From Scenedesmus sp. PABB004 (taxonomy: Eukaryota): 64,000 bases of DNA. The translations under genes were made by a program, and so were the position numbers. This document shows, one piece after another, positions 37,613 through 48,805 of this stretch; position 1 is the first letter of the stretch; every line of letters starts with the position of its first letter. Location: assembly GCA_014905635.1 (NCBI GenBank), contig CM026547.1:744001-808000 (forward strand), written 5' to 3'. The notes under the pieces are model-generated. The model saw nothing but the letters and a program-made list of their open reading frames with translations. It made no database searches and was not told the DNA's origin.

Positions 37613-39927
37613 ATGGTCGCGCCCGCGGCCGCCACGGCCGCCGCAGCGGCGGCGCAGCTCGCCCACCCCAGCTACCCCAGCTTCCCGGCGTTCCTGCGCG
37701 AGCACGACCTCATGCCGCGCGAAGCGGACGTGGCAGACATCGCCAGCTACGTGGCGCTGCTGGACGACCCTCTGCCGCTGGAGGAGGTGCTCAGCGTGCT
37801 GTCCGACGTCGAGGGCTGGGCCAGCCCGGCGCCGGCGCCCGGCGGCGCCGGTGGCGCACCGGCGGCATGCCCGCAGCAGCAGCTCCAGCACAGGCAGCAG
37901 CACCAGCACCAGCCGCCGCAGCGGCTGCAGCGCCAGGCGGCGCCGCGCGGCGGCCCGGCGGCGGCGGCCGATGCGGGCAGCAGCAGCTCGTCCGACTCCG
38001 ACGAGGAGTTTCTGCCGCCGGCAGCGGCCAAGCCCAGGGCCAGCCGCCCAGGCGTGGGCCGCGGCGGGGCGCGGGCCGCGCCGTGCGGCGGCGGCAGCAG
38101 CAGCTCGCCGCACAGCAGGGGCGCGGGCGTGGCCAAGCCGCGCGCCAAGCGCGCGCCCAGCGACGCGCAGCGCGCCGCGCACAAGCGCTTCCGTCAGCGG
38201 CGCAAAACCATGATGCAAGCGCTGGAGGCGGAGGTGGCCTCAAAGCGCACGCTGCTGGAGGAGCTGGAGCGTGAGCACGAGGCCCTCGGGGCAAAGGCCC
38301 GCGCGCTGGGCGGCCTGGTCTCCACGGCAGGTCAGCGGCGGCGGCGCTCGTCACTGGAACGGGGGGCAGCCAGTGCCCGACTCAGGCAGTGCCGCTGACA
38401 CACGGCCGCTACGCCCGCCCGCCGCCCCTGCCCCCGCCAGGCGAACACGTGGCGCTGCTGCAGCGCCTGGAGCAGCTGAACCTTGAGAGAGCGGACCGGC
38501 GGGAGGAGGGGGGACGGGAGGAGCCGGCGTGGCGGCTGCCGACGTCGTCGCAGGCCATGCCCAGCCCCCGCAGCGCCGGCGGCACCGTGCTGCCGCTGAG
38601 CGAGGCGACGGCCGCGGCGGCGGCGCCGGGGCTGCGCCCGCCGCCCGACGGGCTCGCCTCCCGCGGCGAGGGCCTGGCGGCGGCGCTGGACCTGGCGCCG
38701 CCGCGGGCGCGGCGCCACAGCGCCAGCGCCGTGCCCGAGGCAGGCTCCGTGGAGAGTTTCGCCGCCAAAGTGCAGCGCCTGCTCGCGCGGCGTGTCACGG
38801 GGGCGCACGACGAGGAGCTGCCGCAGCTGGCGCTGCACGACGAGCGGCTGCGCCGCGCGGTGTCCACGCTCCGCGTGCTGTCCCAGGCGGTCGTGTGGGA
38901 GTTGATGCAGCTCGTGATCGTGGTGCAATCTGAGCAGGCGCTCGCGGCGACAGGCCCCGCCGCGGCGCCGGCACCGCCCAGCCCCGCGCTCGCCCGCCTG
39001 CAGCACCTGCAGCGCGCCGTCACCGCCGAGATCCGCGCATTCGCCGTCGGCAACCGACTCAGCTTCATGGCGCTGCACCTGGTCAACCTGGAGACGGGCA
39101 GCCTCGGCCCGCCGCCGCAGGCGCACTGGGCCAGAGCGGCGCAGCTGCTGCGAGACCGGTGCGGCGCGGGGAAGCGGTCGGCTGCCGCGCGCCGCGCCGC
39201 CGCCTGCGCACTCCGCGCCGCCTGCGCGCGCCGCACCGCCCACCCACTGCACCGTGCCCCGCCACACCGCGCCCAGGCTCGCGCCCGGCGAGCTCAGCGA
39301 CCTGGTGGCTGCCTGGCAGCTGTCCCAGCGCGCGCAGCAGCAGATGAAGCTTGAGCGCGCCGGACTGTGGGCGCAGCTGCGCACGCTGCTCGACACCTAC
39401 GAGCCGGCAGGGTATGAACACGACGGCGTGATCCTCGACCTGGAGGGTGTGCGCCACGCGGCGCGGCGCGGCACGGCGCGGCCGCCCTGCGGCAAGGCCG
39501 CATGGCCACTGACGGTAGCGCCCCGCCGCCGCTCCGCAGGCCCGCACGGGCGCGGCGAGGCGCTGCTGGATGCGATTGACTCAAACCTGCGCAAGGAGTA
39601 CACGCTGGAGGGCATATTCCAGCACAGCCTGCACCGCCTGCTGTCGCCGCTGCTCTCTGCGGAGATGCTGGTGCGCGCCGGCGACCGCGAGTTTGGCCTT
39701 TTTTTGTGTGCCGCCGCGCCGCCGCCGCGCCCGCGCCGACGGCCCGGCCCCGCGCCCGCCCCGCGCCCGCCCCGCCGCCGCAGGCCCACAGCTATCCGTA
39801 CCTCCCCGATCACCACGCCATCATGGCGCAACTCGCGCCCTCCTTCACGCCCCTGCGCGAGCTCGGCGGCTGGCCGGACGGCCGGGCGCAGCCAAGTCCG
39901 GCCGCCGCGGGGACGGCGGGGGCGTGA
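37613..39927 (+). CDS. bZIP transcription factor, copy 1 (5 exons)
   Basis: Basic region AQRAAHKRFRQRRK followed by heptad zipper LEAEVASKRTLLEELEREHEALGAKARAL; C-terminal helical domain ending LSPLLSAEML|AHSYPYLPD. Confidence 0.82.
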
Positions 39928-40334
39928 GCGGTCGCGCCGGCTGTGCTTTGAGTGCCGGGGGCATCCTGCACTTGTCTTGCATCAAAGGAGGGGGGTTCGG
40001 CAACCGGGCGGCGTGCTGCGCCTGGAGATGCCGGCGCGGGCGCACGGCGCAATGCTTTCAACCATCGGTGGTGGCCAGGCGGCAGAATAATGGAGGCGTT
40101 CAGATAGATTGCAATCAGCCTGCCTCTTGGGAGCAGCATCGGTGCGCAGTAGGCGGAGGACGGTAGAGCATGCTGGGCAGCAGCGGGACGGGCAGCGTGC
40201 GTGCGCGCGTGCACACGCCGTGCCGATTGGTGTGCATTGCAATAAGACATCGGTGTGGTGCGGAGTTGTTGGAGTCTGAACAGCGGGTGGTTGGCGACGC
40301 GGAGTTGAACGCACGCAAGCCCCAGCCGCGAGGA

Positions 40335-40912
40335 TCGGCGGTCGACCTCACGGCACCTCGGCGGCGCCAGCGGCGCCGCCGACGGGCTGCCCGCGACCGC
40401 GCTGGTCGTCGCCGCGCGCGCGGACCAGCTCACGGGCACCGGCCTGGGGGAGCTGATGGCCGACCTCGACGCCCTGGACAGGCGCCACGCGGCGTCGATG
40501 GCGCTCCGCGTGGAGCCCGGCGTGCGCGGCGGCGACGGCCGAGGCGCGAGCGGCGGCGGCGCGACGATTGCGAGCCCGGCCGAGCTCGCGGCGGCCGCGG
40601 CGGCGCTGCTGCAGCGCGAGCTGGCGGACGTCGTGATGGAGGGCGACCCAGCAGGCGGGCGCCTGCTGTTTTTGCCGACGGCGCAGGGCTTCCGGCGGCG
40701 CGCGCCGCGACGTGCGTGAGTTGCGCCGCCTGTTCGTTCACGCCGGCAATCGCCTCCGTCATTCCACGCCGCCCTCCGCACCGCAACGCACGCAAATGTA
40801 CGGCCTTTACGAGACCTGTCACTCTTCCAGCGGCTCGTGCGAGTTTTTGCAAGGCTGGACCACCGCCTCCCTGTACGATGTGCTCCGCGCGACGGCGCAG
40901 CACACCTCGTAG
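40335..40912 (+). pseudogene. 5'-truncated duplicate of the F-box-like gene (3' half only)
   Basis: Matches 36804-37386 but lacks the first ~400 nt including the F-box-like region; indels near the junction; a CTG>ATG change at 40456 creates a short ORF. Confidence 0.65.
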
Positions 40913-41138
40913 CATTCGCGGCCACTGCCTTCAACAAGCAGGGCAGCGGCGGGGGCGAGAGCACCGGCGCCGGTGCTGCGCGCGGCTGACCCAAGACGCG
41001 GCGCACTCTACGAAACACAGCGGCGCCCGCGCGCTGCACGAGAGCGAGCTGGAGTAGATCTAGAGCACGCCGGCGGCGTGCAAGTGGGCGACGCCGGCCG
41101 TCGCCTCGTGGGCGGCGGCGGCAGCAGCGGCGGAGGCC

Positions 41139-43462
41139 ATGGTCGCGCCCGCGGCCGCCACGGCCGCCGCAGCGGCGGCGCAGCTCGCCCACCCCAGCTA
41201 CCCCAGCTTCCCGGCGTTCCTGCGCGAGCACGACCTCATGCCGCGCGAAGCGGACGTGGCAGACATCGCCAGCTACGTGGCGCTGCTAGACGACCCTCTG
41301 CCGCTGGAGGAGGTGCTCAGCGTGCTGTCCGACGTCGAGGGCTTGGCCAGCCCGGCGCCGCCGCCTGGCGGCGCCGGTGGCGCACCGGCGGCATGCCCGC
41401 AGCAGCAGCTCCAGCACAGGCACCAGCACCAGCACCAGCCGCCGCAGCGGCTGCAGCGCGGCGGCCCGGCGGCGGCGGCCGATGCGGGCAGCAGCAGCTC
41501 GTCCGACTCCGACGAGGAGTTTCTGCCGCCGGCAGCGGCCAAGCCCAGGGCCAGCCGCCCAGGCGTGGGCCGCGGCGGGGCGCGGGCCGCGCCGTGCGGC
41601 GGCGGCAGCAGCTCGCCGCACAAGGGCGCGGGCGTGGCCAAGCCGCGCGCCAAGCGCGCGCCCAGCGAAGCGCAGCGCGCCGCGCACAAGCGCTTCCGTC
41701 AGCGGCGCAAAACCATGATGCAAGCGCTGGAGGCGGAGGTGGCCTCAAAGCGCACGCTGCTGGAGGAGCTGGAGCGTGAGCACGAGGCCCTCGGGGCAAA
41801 GGCCCGCGCGCTGGGCGGCCTGGTCACTGCGGCAGGTGCGGCGGCGGCGCTCGCCGCTGGGAGGGGGGACCAGTGCCGCGACCCGGCTCAGGCAGTGCCG
41901 CTGACAACACGGCCGCTGCGCCCGCCCGCTGCCACCACCACCGACAGATGAACACGTGGCGCTGCTGCAGCGCCTCGAGCAGCTCAGCCTTGACAGCGCG
42001 GCGCGGCGGGAGGAGGGGGCACAGGAGCCGGCGTGGCGGCTGCCGACGCCGTCGCAGGCCATGCCCAGCCCCCGCAGCGCCGGCGGCACCGTGCTGCCGC
42101 TGAGCGAGGCGACGGCCGCGGCGGCGGCGCCGGGGCTGCGCCCGCCGCCCGACGGGCTCGCCTCCCGCGGCGAGGGCCTGGCGGCGGCGCTGGACCTGGC
42201 GCCGCCGCGGGCGCGGCGTCACAGCGCCAGCGCCGTGCCCGAGGCAGGCTCCGTGGAGAGTTTCGCCGCCAAAGTGCAGCGCCTGCTCGCGCTGCGCGTC
42301 ACGAGGGCGCGCGACGCGGAGCTGCCGTGGCTGGCGCTGCGCAATGAGCGGCTGCGCCGCGTGGTGTCCACACTGCACGTGCTGGTCCAGGCGATTGTGC
42401 GGGAGTTCATGCAGCTCGTGATCGTGGTGCAGTCTGAGCAGGCGCTCGCGGCGGCGGGCCCCGCCGCGGCGCCGGCACCGCCCAGCCCCGCGCTCGCCCG
42501 CCTGCAGCACCTGCAGCGCGCCGTCACCGCCGAGTTTCGCGCATTTGCCGTCGGCAACCGGCTCAGCATGATGGCGCTGTACCTGGTCAACCTGGAGACG
42601 GGCAGCCTCGGCCCGCCGCCACCGGCGCACTGGGCCAGCGCGGCGCAGCTGCTGCGAGACCGGTGCGGCGCGGGGACGCGGTCGTCTGCCACGCGCCGCG
42701 CCGCCGCCTGCGCACTCCGCGCCGCCTGCGCGCGCCGCACCGCCCACCCACTGCACCGTGCCCCGCCACACCGCGCCCAGGCTCGCGCCCGGCGAGCTCA
42801 GCGACCTGGTGGCTGCCTGGCAGCTGTCCCAGCGCGCGCAGCAGCAGATGAAGCTTGAGCGCGCCGGACTGTGGGCGCAGCTGCGCACGCTGCTCGACAC
42901 CTACGAGCCGGCGGGGTACGAACACGACGGCGTGATCCTCGACCTGGAGGGTGCGCCGCGCGGCGTGGAGCGTGGCGCTTGGCGCGGCACGGCGGCCGCC
43001 CCGCGGCCAGGCGCACAGCGTGCGGCCCCCGACGGCTGCGCCGCGCCCGACCGCGGCTCGCCGCCGCGCCGCAGGCCCGCACGGGCGCGGCGAGGCGCTG
43101 CTGGATGCGATTGACTCAAACCTGCGCAAGGAGTACACGCTGGGGGGCATCTTCAACTGGGCCATACACCGCCTGCTGTCGCCGCTGCTCTCTGCGGAGA
43201 TGCTGGTGCGCGCCGGCGACCGCGAGTTTGGCCTTTTTTCGTGTGCCGCCGCGCCGCCGCCGCACCTGCACCGACGGCCCGGCCCCGCGCCTGCCCCGTG
43301 CCCGCCCCGCCGCCGCAGGCCCACAGCTATCCGTACCTCCCCGATCACCACGCCATCATGGCGCAGCTCGCGCCCTCCTTTGCGCCCCTGCGCGAGCCCG
43401 GCGGCGGGCTGGACGGCCAGGCGCAGCCAAGCCCGGCCGCCGCGGGGACGGCGCGGGCGTGA
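41139..43462 (+). CDS. bZIP transcription factor, copy 2 (5 exons)
   Basis: Same exon structure and essentially the same bZIP as copy 1; splice sites and frame appear intact. Confidence 0.82.
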
Positions 43463-43857
43463 GCGGTCGCGCCGGCTGTGCTTTGAGTGCCGGGGGCATC
43501 CTGCACTTGTCTTGCATCAAAGGAGGGGGGTTCGGCAAGCGGGCGGCGTGCTGCGCCGGGAGATGCCGGCGCGGGCACGGCGCAATGCTTTTAACCATCG
43601 GTGGTGGCCAGGCGGCAGAAAAATGGAGGAGGCGTTCAGATGGAATGGGCAATCAGCTTGCCTCTTGGGCGCAGCATCGGTGCAGTAGGCGGAGGACGGT
43701 AGAGCACGCGGGGCGGCAGCGGGATGGGCAGCGTGCGTGCGTGCACACGCTGTGCCGATTGGTGTGCAACAGAACATCTGGTGGGGAGTTGTTGTTGGGG
43801 GGCAGAACAGCGCGTTGCTGGCGACGAGGTGTTAACGCATGTGAGGCTCGCCCGCGC

Positions 43858-43868
43858 TCACGGCTCCA

Positions 43869-43934
<66 letters not shown>

Positions 43935-46900
43935 TGCTGCACTGCTCCGCGGCGCCGCTGTGTTGCCTCTTCATGTGGCGCAGCAGGCTCTCGTAGCTCA
44001 GCCCCGCGGCGGCGCCGCACACGCCGCATACCCGGGGCTCGGGCTTGGCGCGCGGCAGGTCGCGCGGGCCGAGGCTGGGGCGGCCGTGCAGCTGGGCGTC
44101 GAGGTGGAGCAGCTGGCGCATGAATCCCGCGTTGGGCGCTGCCGCGGGGCGCACCGAGCTGCCGCGGGGCGCGCGCGCCGTCAGGTGCCGGCGCGCGGGC
44201 GCGCGGGCCGCCGCCGCAGCAGCCGCAGCGCGCGGCCCCGTCCCCCCCCCCCCCCACCGGGCGCGCCATGCTCACCGCACGTGCGCGAGCGCGCTCGCCA
44301 GCGTGTGGCCATGGCTCCGCATCAAGTACGCGAGAAGCAGCGCCACAGACCGCGACTTGCCCTCGTGGCAGTGCAGCAGGACCGCGCCCCCGCCCGCCAG
44401 CGCGGCGTCGATCCAGGCCGTGACCTGCGGCGGCGGCGGCAGCTCAGGGGCCGGCCAGCGCAGCGCAGCGCAGCGCAGCGCAGCGCCCCCCCCCCCCCAT
44501 CCCCGCTGCCGCACCGGTCCAAAGTGCTGCGCCAGCGCCTCGCGTGCCTCGTCGCGCAGCGCGACGCGCAGCACGGCAAACGGCGCCGCCGCGCCGTCCA
44601 GCTGCAGCTCGTGCGCCGCGTTGACGACGTGAGTGACGCCCAGGTGGGCCAGCAGGTGGTGGCTGTCGGCCGCGACCGCGTTGCCGAGGTAGAGGCGGGG
44701 CGCCACGCACACCGGCGCCTGCACCAGCGCGCCTGCCGAGGCGGCGGCGGCGGGCGGCGGCGCCCGGCGTCGCCTGGCTCGGCGGCGCCCGGCGCGGCAG
44801 TGGTGGCCGGCCGGCGCGCCGCACCCGCCGCGAGCGCGGAGAGGCGGCGGAGCATGTGCTGCAGCCTGACGCCGAGCTCGTAGCTGTCGACGATGGGCTG
44901 CCCGCCGTCGGCGAGGAAGCCCGTGGACAGCACTGCCGCGAGGTGGTGCCGCGCCTGCCACGCGCCGATCGCCCCGGACAGCTCCGCGCCTGGCGGCGGC
45001 GCGCGTGGGGGCCGGCGCGGCTGCGCGTGGGCCGCCGCGCAGCGCCGAGGGAGCAGCCAGAGGCCACGCCCCCGCGACTCACGGCGCTCCGCGAAGACCG
45101 CCCGCCAGTGCGCCATGCGCTCCGCCAGCACGCCGTCGTGGCGCGCCTCGTGCTTGATCGAAGCCAGCGCGTGGTCGAGCTGCATGGTGGCCATGCTGGC
45201 CATGCTGGCCAGCACCTGGCGCCCGGGGCGGCGGGGCCGGCGCGCGCCAGCGTGAGCAGCGGCGCGCGGGCGGGGCCACCGTGGGCGGCCGCGCCGGCGC
45301 ACAGGGCGCTGCCGCAGGCGCCCACCTGCAGGCTGCTGCTGGAGGAGCGCTGCACCGCCGGTGACGCGACAGCCGCCGTGCTGTGCCCCTGCGCAGGGAA
45401 GCTCAGCGGCCGCCCGAGCATCGCCTGCGGCATCGGTGAGCCGCCCGCTGCCAGGCCCGGCGCCGTGGGCACGCAGCAGGACAGGGGGCGCCGCTCCCCG
45501 CAGGCGGGTGACGTTGCAGCGGCACCCGCGAACAGCTCGCGCGGCGACACCTGCCGCGGCGGCGCAGGCGGGGGTCGGCGGGCCGCACTGCGTGCAGCGG
45601 CGGCGGCGGCGGCGGGCTCGCTGCCTCACCCTGGGCGGCGCGGCGTGCGGGTCCGCGTCGAGCGCCGACGAGCCGGAGCGGCGGGCTGCGCCGGCGCAGT
45701 GCCGCGGCGCGCCGCCGTCGGATCCGAGCAGTGCGGCGCCGCCAAACACGCCCGCCAGCGCCTGCGCCTGCGCCTGGTTGGCGCGCGGGCTCAGCGCCGC
45801 CGCGACCGCGGTCTCGACGTCGATGCCGCCGACCGCGACCGGGCTGCCCGCGCCGCTCAGCGGCGGCAGCGCGATCGGCGGCGGCCGCGGCGCGCCCGCG
45901 GACCGCGCCGCCTCCCGCGGGGCGGGCGTGAGGGCGTCGCCGCCGGGCGGGCCGCAGAGGGCCGCCCTGATCGAGGCAAAGCCCACGTGACTCGCGGCCC
46001 TCCTCGCCAGCGGGCCCCCCTTGAGCCCTCCAGGTGGCGGGCTCAGCAGGCCGGCAGAGTGCCTCGGCAGGGCGCCGCTGCCGCTGCTGCTGCCGCGCTC
46101 GCTGTCTGCCACCGCGCCCGCCGGCTGCAGCGTGCTGCCGCCGCCGCCGCCGCTGCCCGGCACAGCGGGGCTGCTCCGGCTGCTGCCGGCGCTGCCGTCG
46201 GTGGCGGCCGCCGGGCTGGCCGCGCTGCCGCCCGACGCCGCCGCTGGCGGCTGGCCGCCTGTGCTCCCGCCGTGTAGGCTGTTCAGGCTGGTGCGCGCCG
46301 AGGGGCGCGGCGACGGCCGCGGGCTGCGCAGCGGCGCCGTGCCCGCGGGGCTGGGCAGCACCGCCGGGTTGAGGCGCGCCACGTCAGCAATGAACTCCGC
46401 CACCCAGCCAGACACCGTCGCCGAAACCATCTCGAGCAGGCCCTGCGCGCCAGGGGCAGCGGGACAGTTGGGCCGCGGCGGCAGTCAAGCCGTCCACGAC
46501 GGCCCGTGGCGGATGGCGGCCGCCGGCCAGCGGCGGCGGCGGCAAGCCGCCGCCCGCACCTTGATCTGCAGCACACCGCTGAGGCAGCGCCGCAGCCCCG
46601 CCTGGAAGCGTGCGACGTCCTCGTCGCGCAGCACCAGCGCCTCCGTCGAGCCGTCCCCGCTGCCGCTGCCGCCGTCCCCGCTGCCACCACCATCGCCGCC
46701 GCCGCCGCCCCCGCTGCCGTGCGGCACGACGGGCCGCGCGCTGCCGTCCAGCGACAGCCGGCTGCACCGCCCCTGCGCGGCCGGCCGCCGCACGTTGCTG
46801 AGCAGCTGCTGGAGCAGGCGGCGGCTGACCTCTGGCGCGGCGAGCACCAGCTGCGCGAGCCGCTCCACCGCGGCGTCCTCGGCCGACGCCTTGAGCGCCG

Positions 46901-48396
46901 GCGGCCGCCGCGCGACGCAGCTGTCTATCGCCACCGGGCGCCCTGCGTGCCGCGTGCCTGCGGGCGGCGCGCCGCGCGGCGCGCGTCGGCCGCGGCGCGG
47001 CGCGCCGTCGCGGCGGCCGCGCGCTGGCCTGCGCCGGCGCGCGCCGCGCGCACCCGGCGCGCCCAGCAGCAGGTTGTGGGCGTTCCCGCGCCAGCCCAGG
47101 TCGGCGCAGGGCATGCGGTCGGCGTTGCCGAGCAGCATGTCCAGGCAGAACAGGCAGCCGACGTCCTCGGCGAGCGCGCCCAGCGCGGGCGGCTGGGGCG
47201 CGGGCGGCGCGGCGCGCGTGAGGCGGCGGCGCGCCGGGGGCGCTGCCGCGCGCGGCCGGGGCCCGCGGCGGCGGCGCGCGCGCCGCGCCTGCAGCACGTG
47301 CGGGCTGTCCGCGAGCCGCGCGCCGTCAATGAGCTCCATCAGCAGGAAGCAGGGCAGCGCCCGCAGCTCGCACAGCAGCTCGCTCGCGGCCGCGGCCGCG
47401 CTCGCGGGGCGGCCGCCGCAGCACACCGCGCAGGCGCCGGGGGCGCCGGGCGGCGGCGGCGCGGCCGGCGCGCCGGCGGGCGCGCCCGCGGCGGCCGGGC
47501 AGCAGGCGGGGCAGCCCGCCAGGCGCGTGACGGCCTGCAGCGCCGCGGCCCACTCGCCGGCGGTGGGGCCGGCCTGCGCGCAGGGGCGGCAGCGGGGGCT
47601 GCTCGGCGGCTGCTCGCCGCCACGCGGGAGCGCGTGCTGGGCGGCGAGCACATCCCCACCCACCGAGCGGACGATGCGGCAGTCCGGCGCCGCGATGCCC
47701 AGGTGGCGCGTGAGTTCGTTGGCAAACTGCTCTGCCTGCATCGCCAGCCGCGTGGCGCCAACCTTCAGCACCACCACGCCCTCGCGCGCCAGCGGCGCCG
47801 GCGGCGGCGGCGGCGGCGCGTGCCCCGGGCCGCCGCCCGGCCGCGGCTGCTGGGCGCGCTGCGCCGCGTGCAGCAGCGCCTGCTGCGCCGCCTGCTGCCG
47901 GCTGAGCCGAAAGAACAAGAAGAAGACTGCGCCCCCCGAGTGCAGCTCAACCACCTGCGGTCGCGCGCTCGCCTCGTCGTCCAGCGCGCTCGCGTGGTCA
48001 GAGAGCGCGTCCGACGGCACGACGCCCGCGAGCGAGCCCCACGGCACCGCGCCGTCACCTGCGGCGGCGTCGGCGCGCGCGGCGCCGCCAGCTTTTTGCC
48101 GGCTTGCGCGGAGGTGCCGCCACGCGCGGTCCGCCGCGCGCCGCCAGCTTGTGCGCACCAATGTGCAGGGGGAGCGCGGAGCGGACGCGCTCCCGGGCTG
48201 AGAGCTTTGTGGGCGTGCCACTCGCGGACGCGCTGCTGGTGCGGCCTCCAGTCAGGCTTCTGCTCAGGCCGGTCACCTGGATCGCGCCGCACGCCTCCTG
48301 CAGGACGCCGGCGAGCTCGGCCGCCTCGAGCAGGCTGCTCTCGCCCAGGTGCTGCAGCGCGATGCGCCACACGCGCTCCGCGCCGACGCCCGCCAT
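43858..48396 (-). CDS. PHS1: PHS1-like protein: actin-fragmin-kinase-type atypical kinase fused to a dual-specificity phosphatase
   Basis: HSGGAVFF, VVLKV..TRLAMQAEQFANELTRHLGIAAPDCRIV, CLDMLLGNADRMPCADLGWRGNAHNLL, AIDS; linker VDSYELGVRLQH; DSP active site VLLHCHEGKSRS, AAPNAGFMRQL. Confidence 0.85.
43870..43932 (-). repeat. (GGC)n trinucleotide repeat encoding a poly-Gly tail of the PHS1-like protein
   Basis: Uninterrupted GCC run on the + strand just before the stop codon at 43858. Confidence 0.9.
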
Positions 48397-48805
48397 CGAG
48401 ACTGCACCCGCAGCCGCCCTAGAGCATCGCCGCTAGCGCTGCGACGGCGCGCAGGCCGCGGCGTTTGAGTTGCCGCTGCAGCTGCTGCTGCGGCCGGCGG
48501 CCCGGCGCGCCGCCGCACGGCGCCGCGGCCGGCACCACGGCGAGACGAAGGCCCCCCGCGTCTGCGAGGGTGCCGTGCTGGACCGGCGACCGCTGGCCCG
48601 CAGCGCGGCGCCGCCGCTGCTCGCCGCCGGCGGCTGTGTTGGCCTGGCGAGGCCGCAGCGAGGGGCGTGCAGAGCGCCTGTTCAACGGCACAGCACCCAA
48701 CAACACCCCTGCGCTACGGGCCTGAACCGGCGGCCTGCAGGACCCTGAACCGCGCCTGTGCCCCGGCCGCGCCGCCGCGCCCCGGCCGTCGCGCCCCTGG
48801 CAAGC

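Larger units (their letters stand above)
36804..43845 (+). repeat. Head-to-tail tandem duplication, ~3.5 kb unit (copy 1 ~36804-40320, copy 2 ~40335-43845)
   Basis: TCGGCGGTCGACCTC at 36804 and 40335; collinear sequence with offset ~3526 (ATG 37613 vs 41139) through the 3' flanks. Confidence 0.97.

Noticed and set aside
36804..43845. Tandem 3.5 kb repeat as a transposon or LTR element
   Set aside because: No terminal inverted repeats, target-site duplication, transposase or RT motifs seen; content is host genes.
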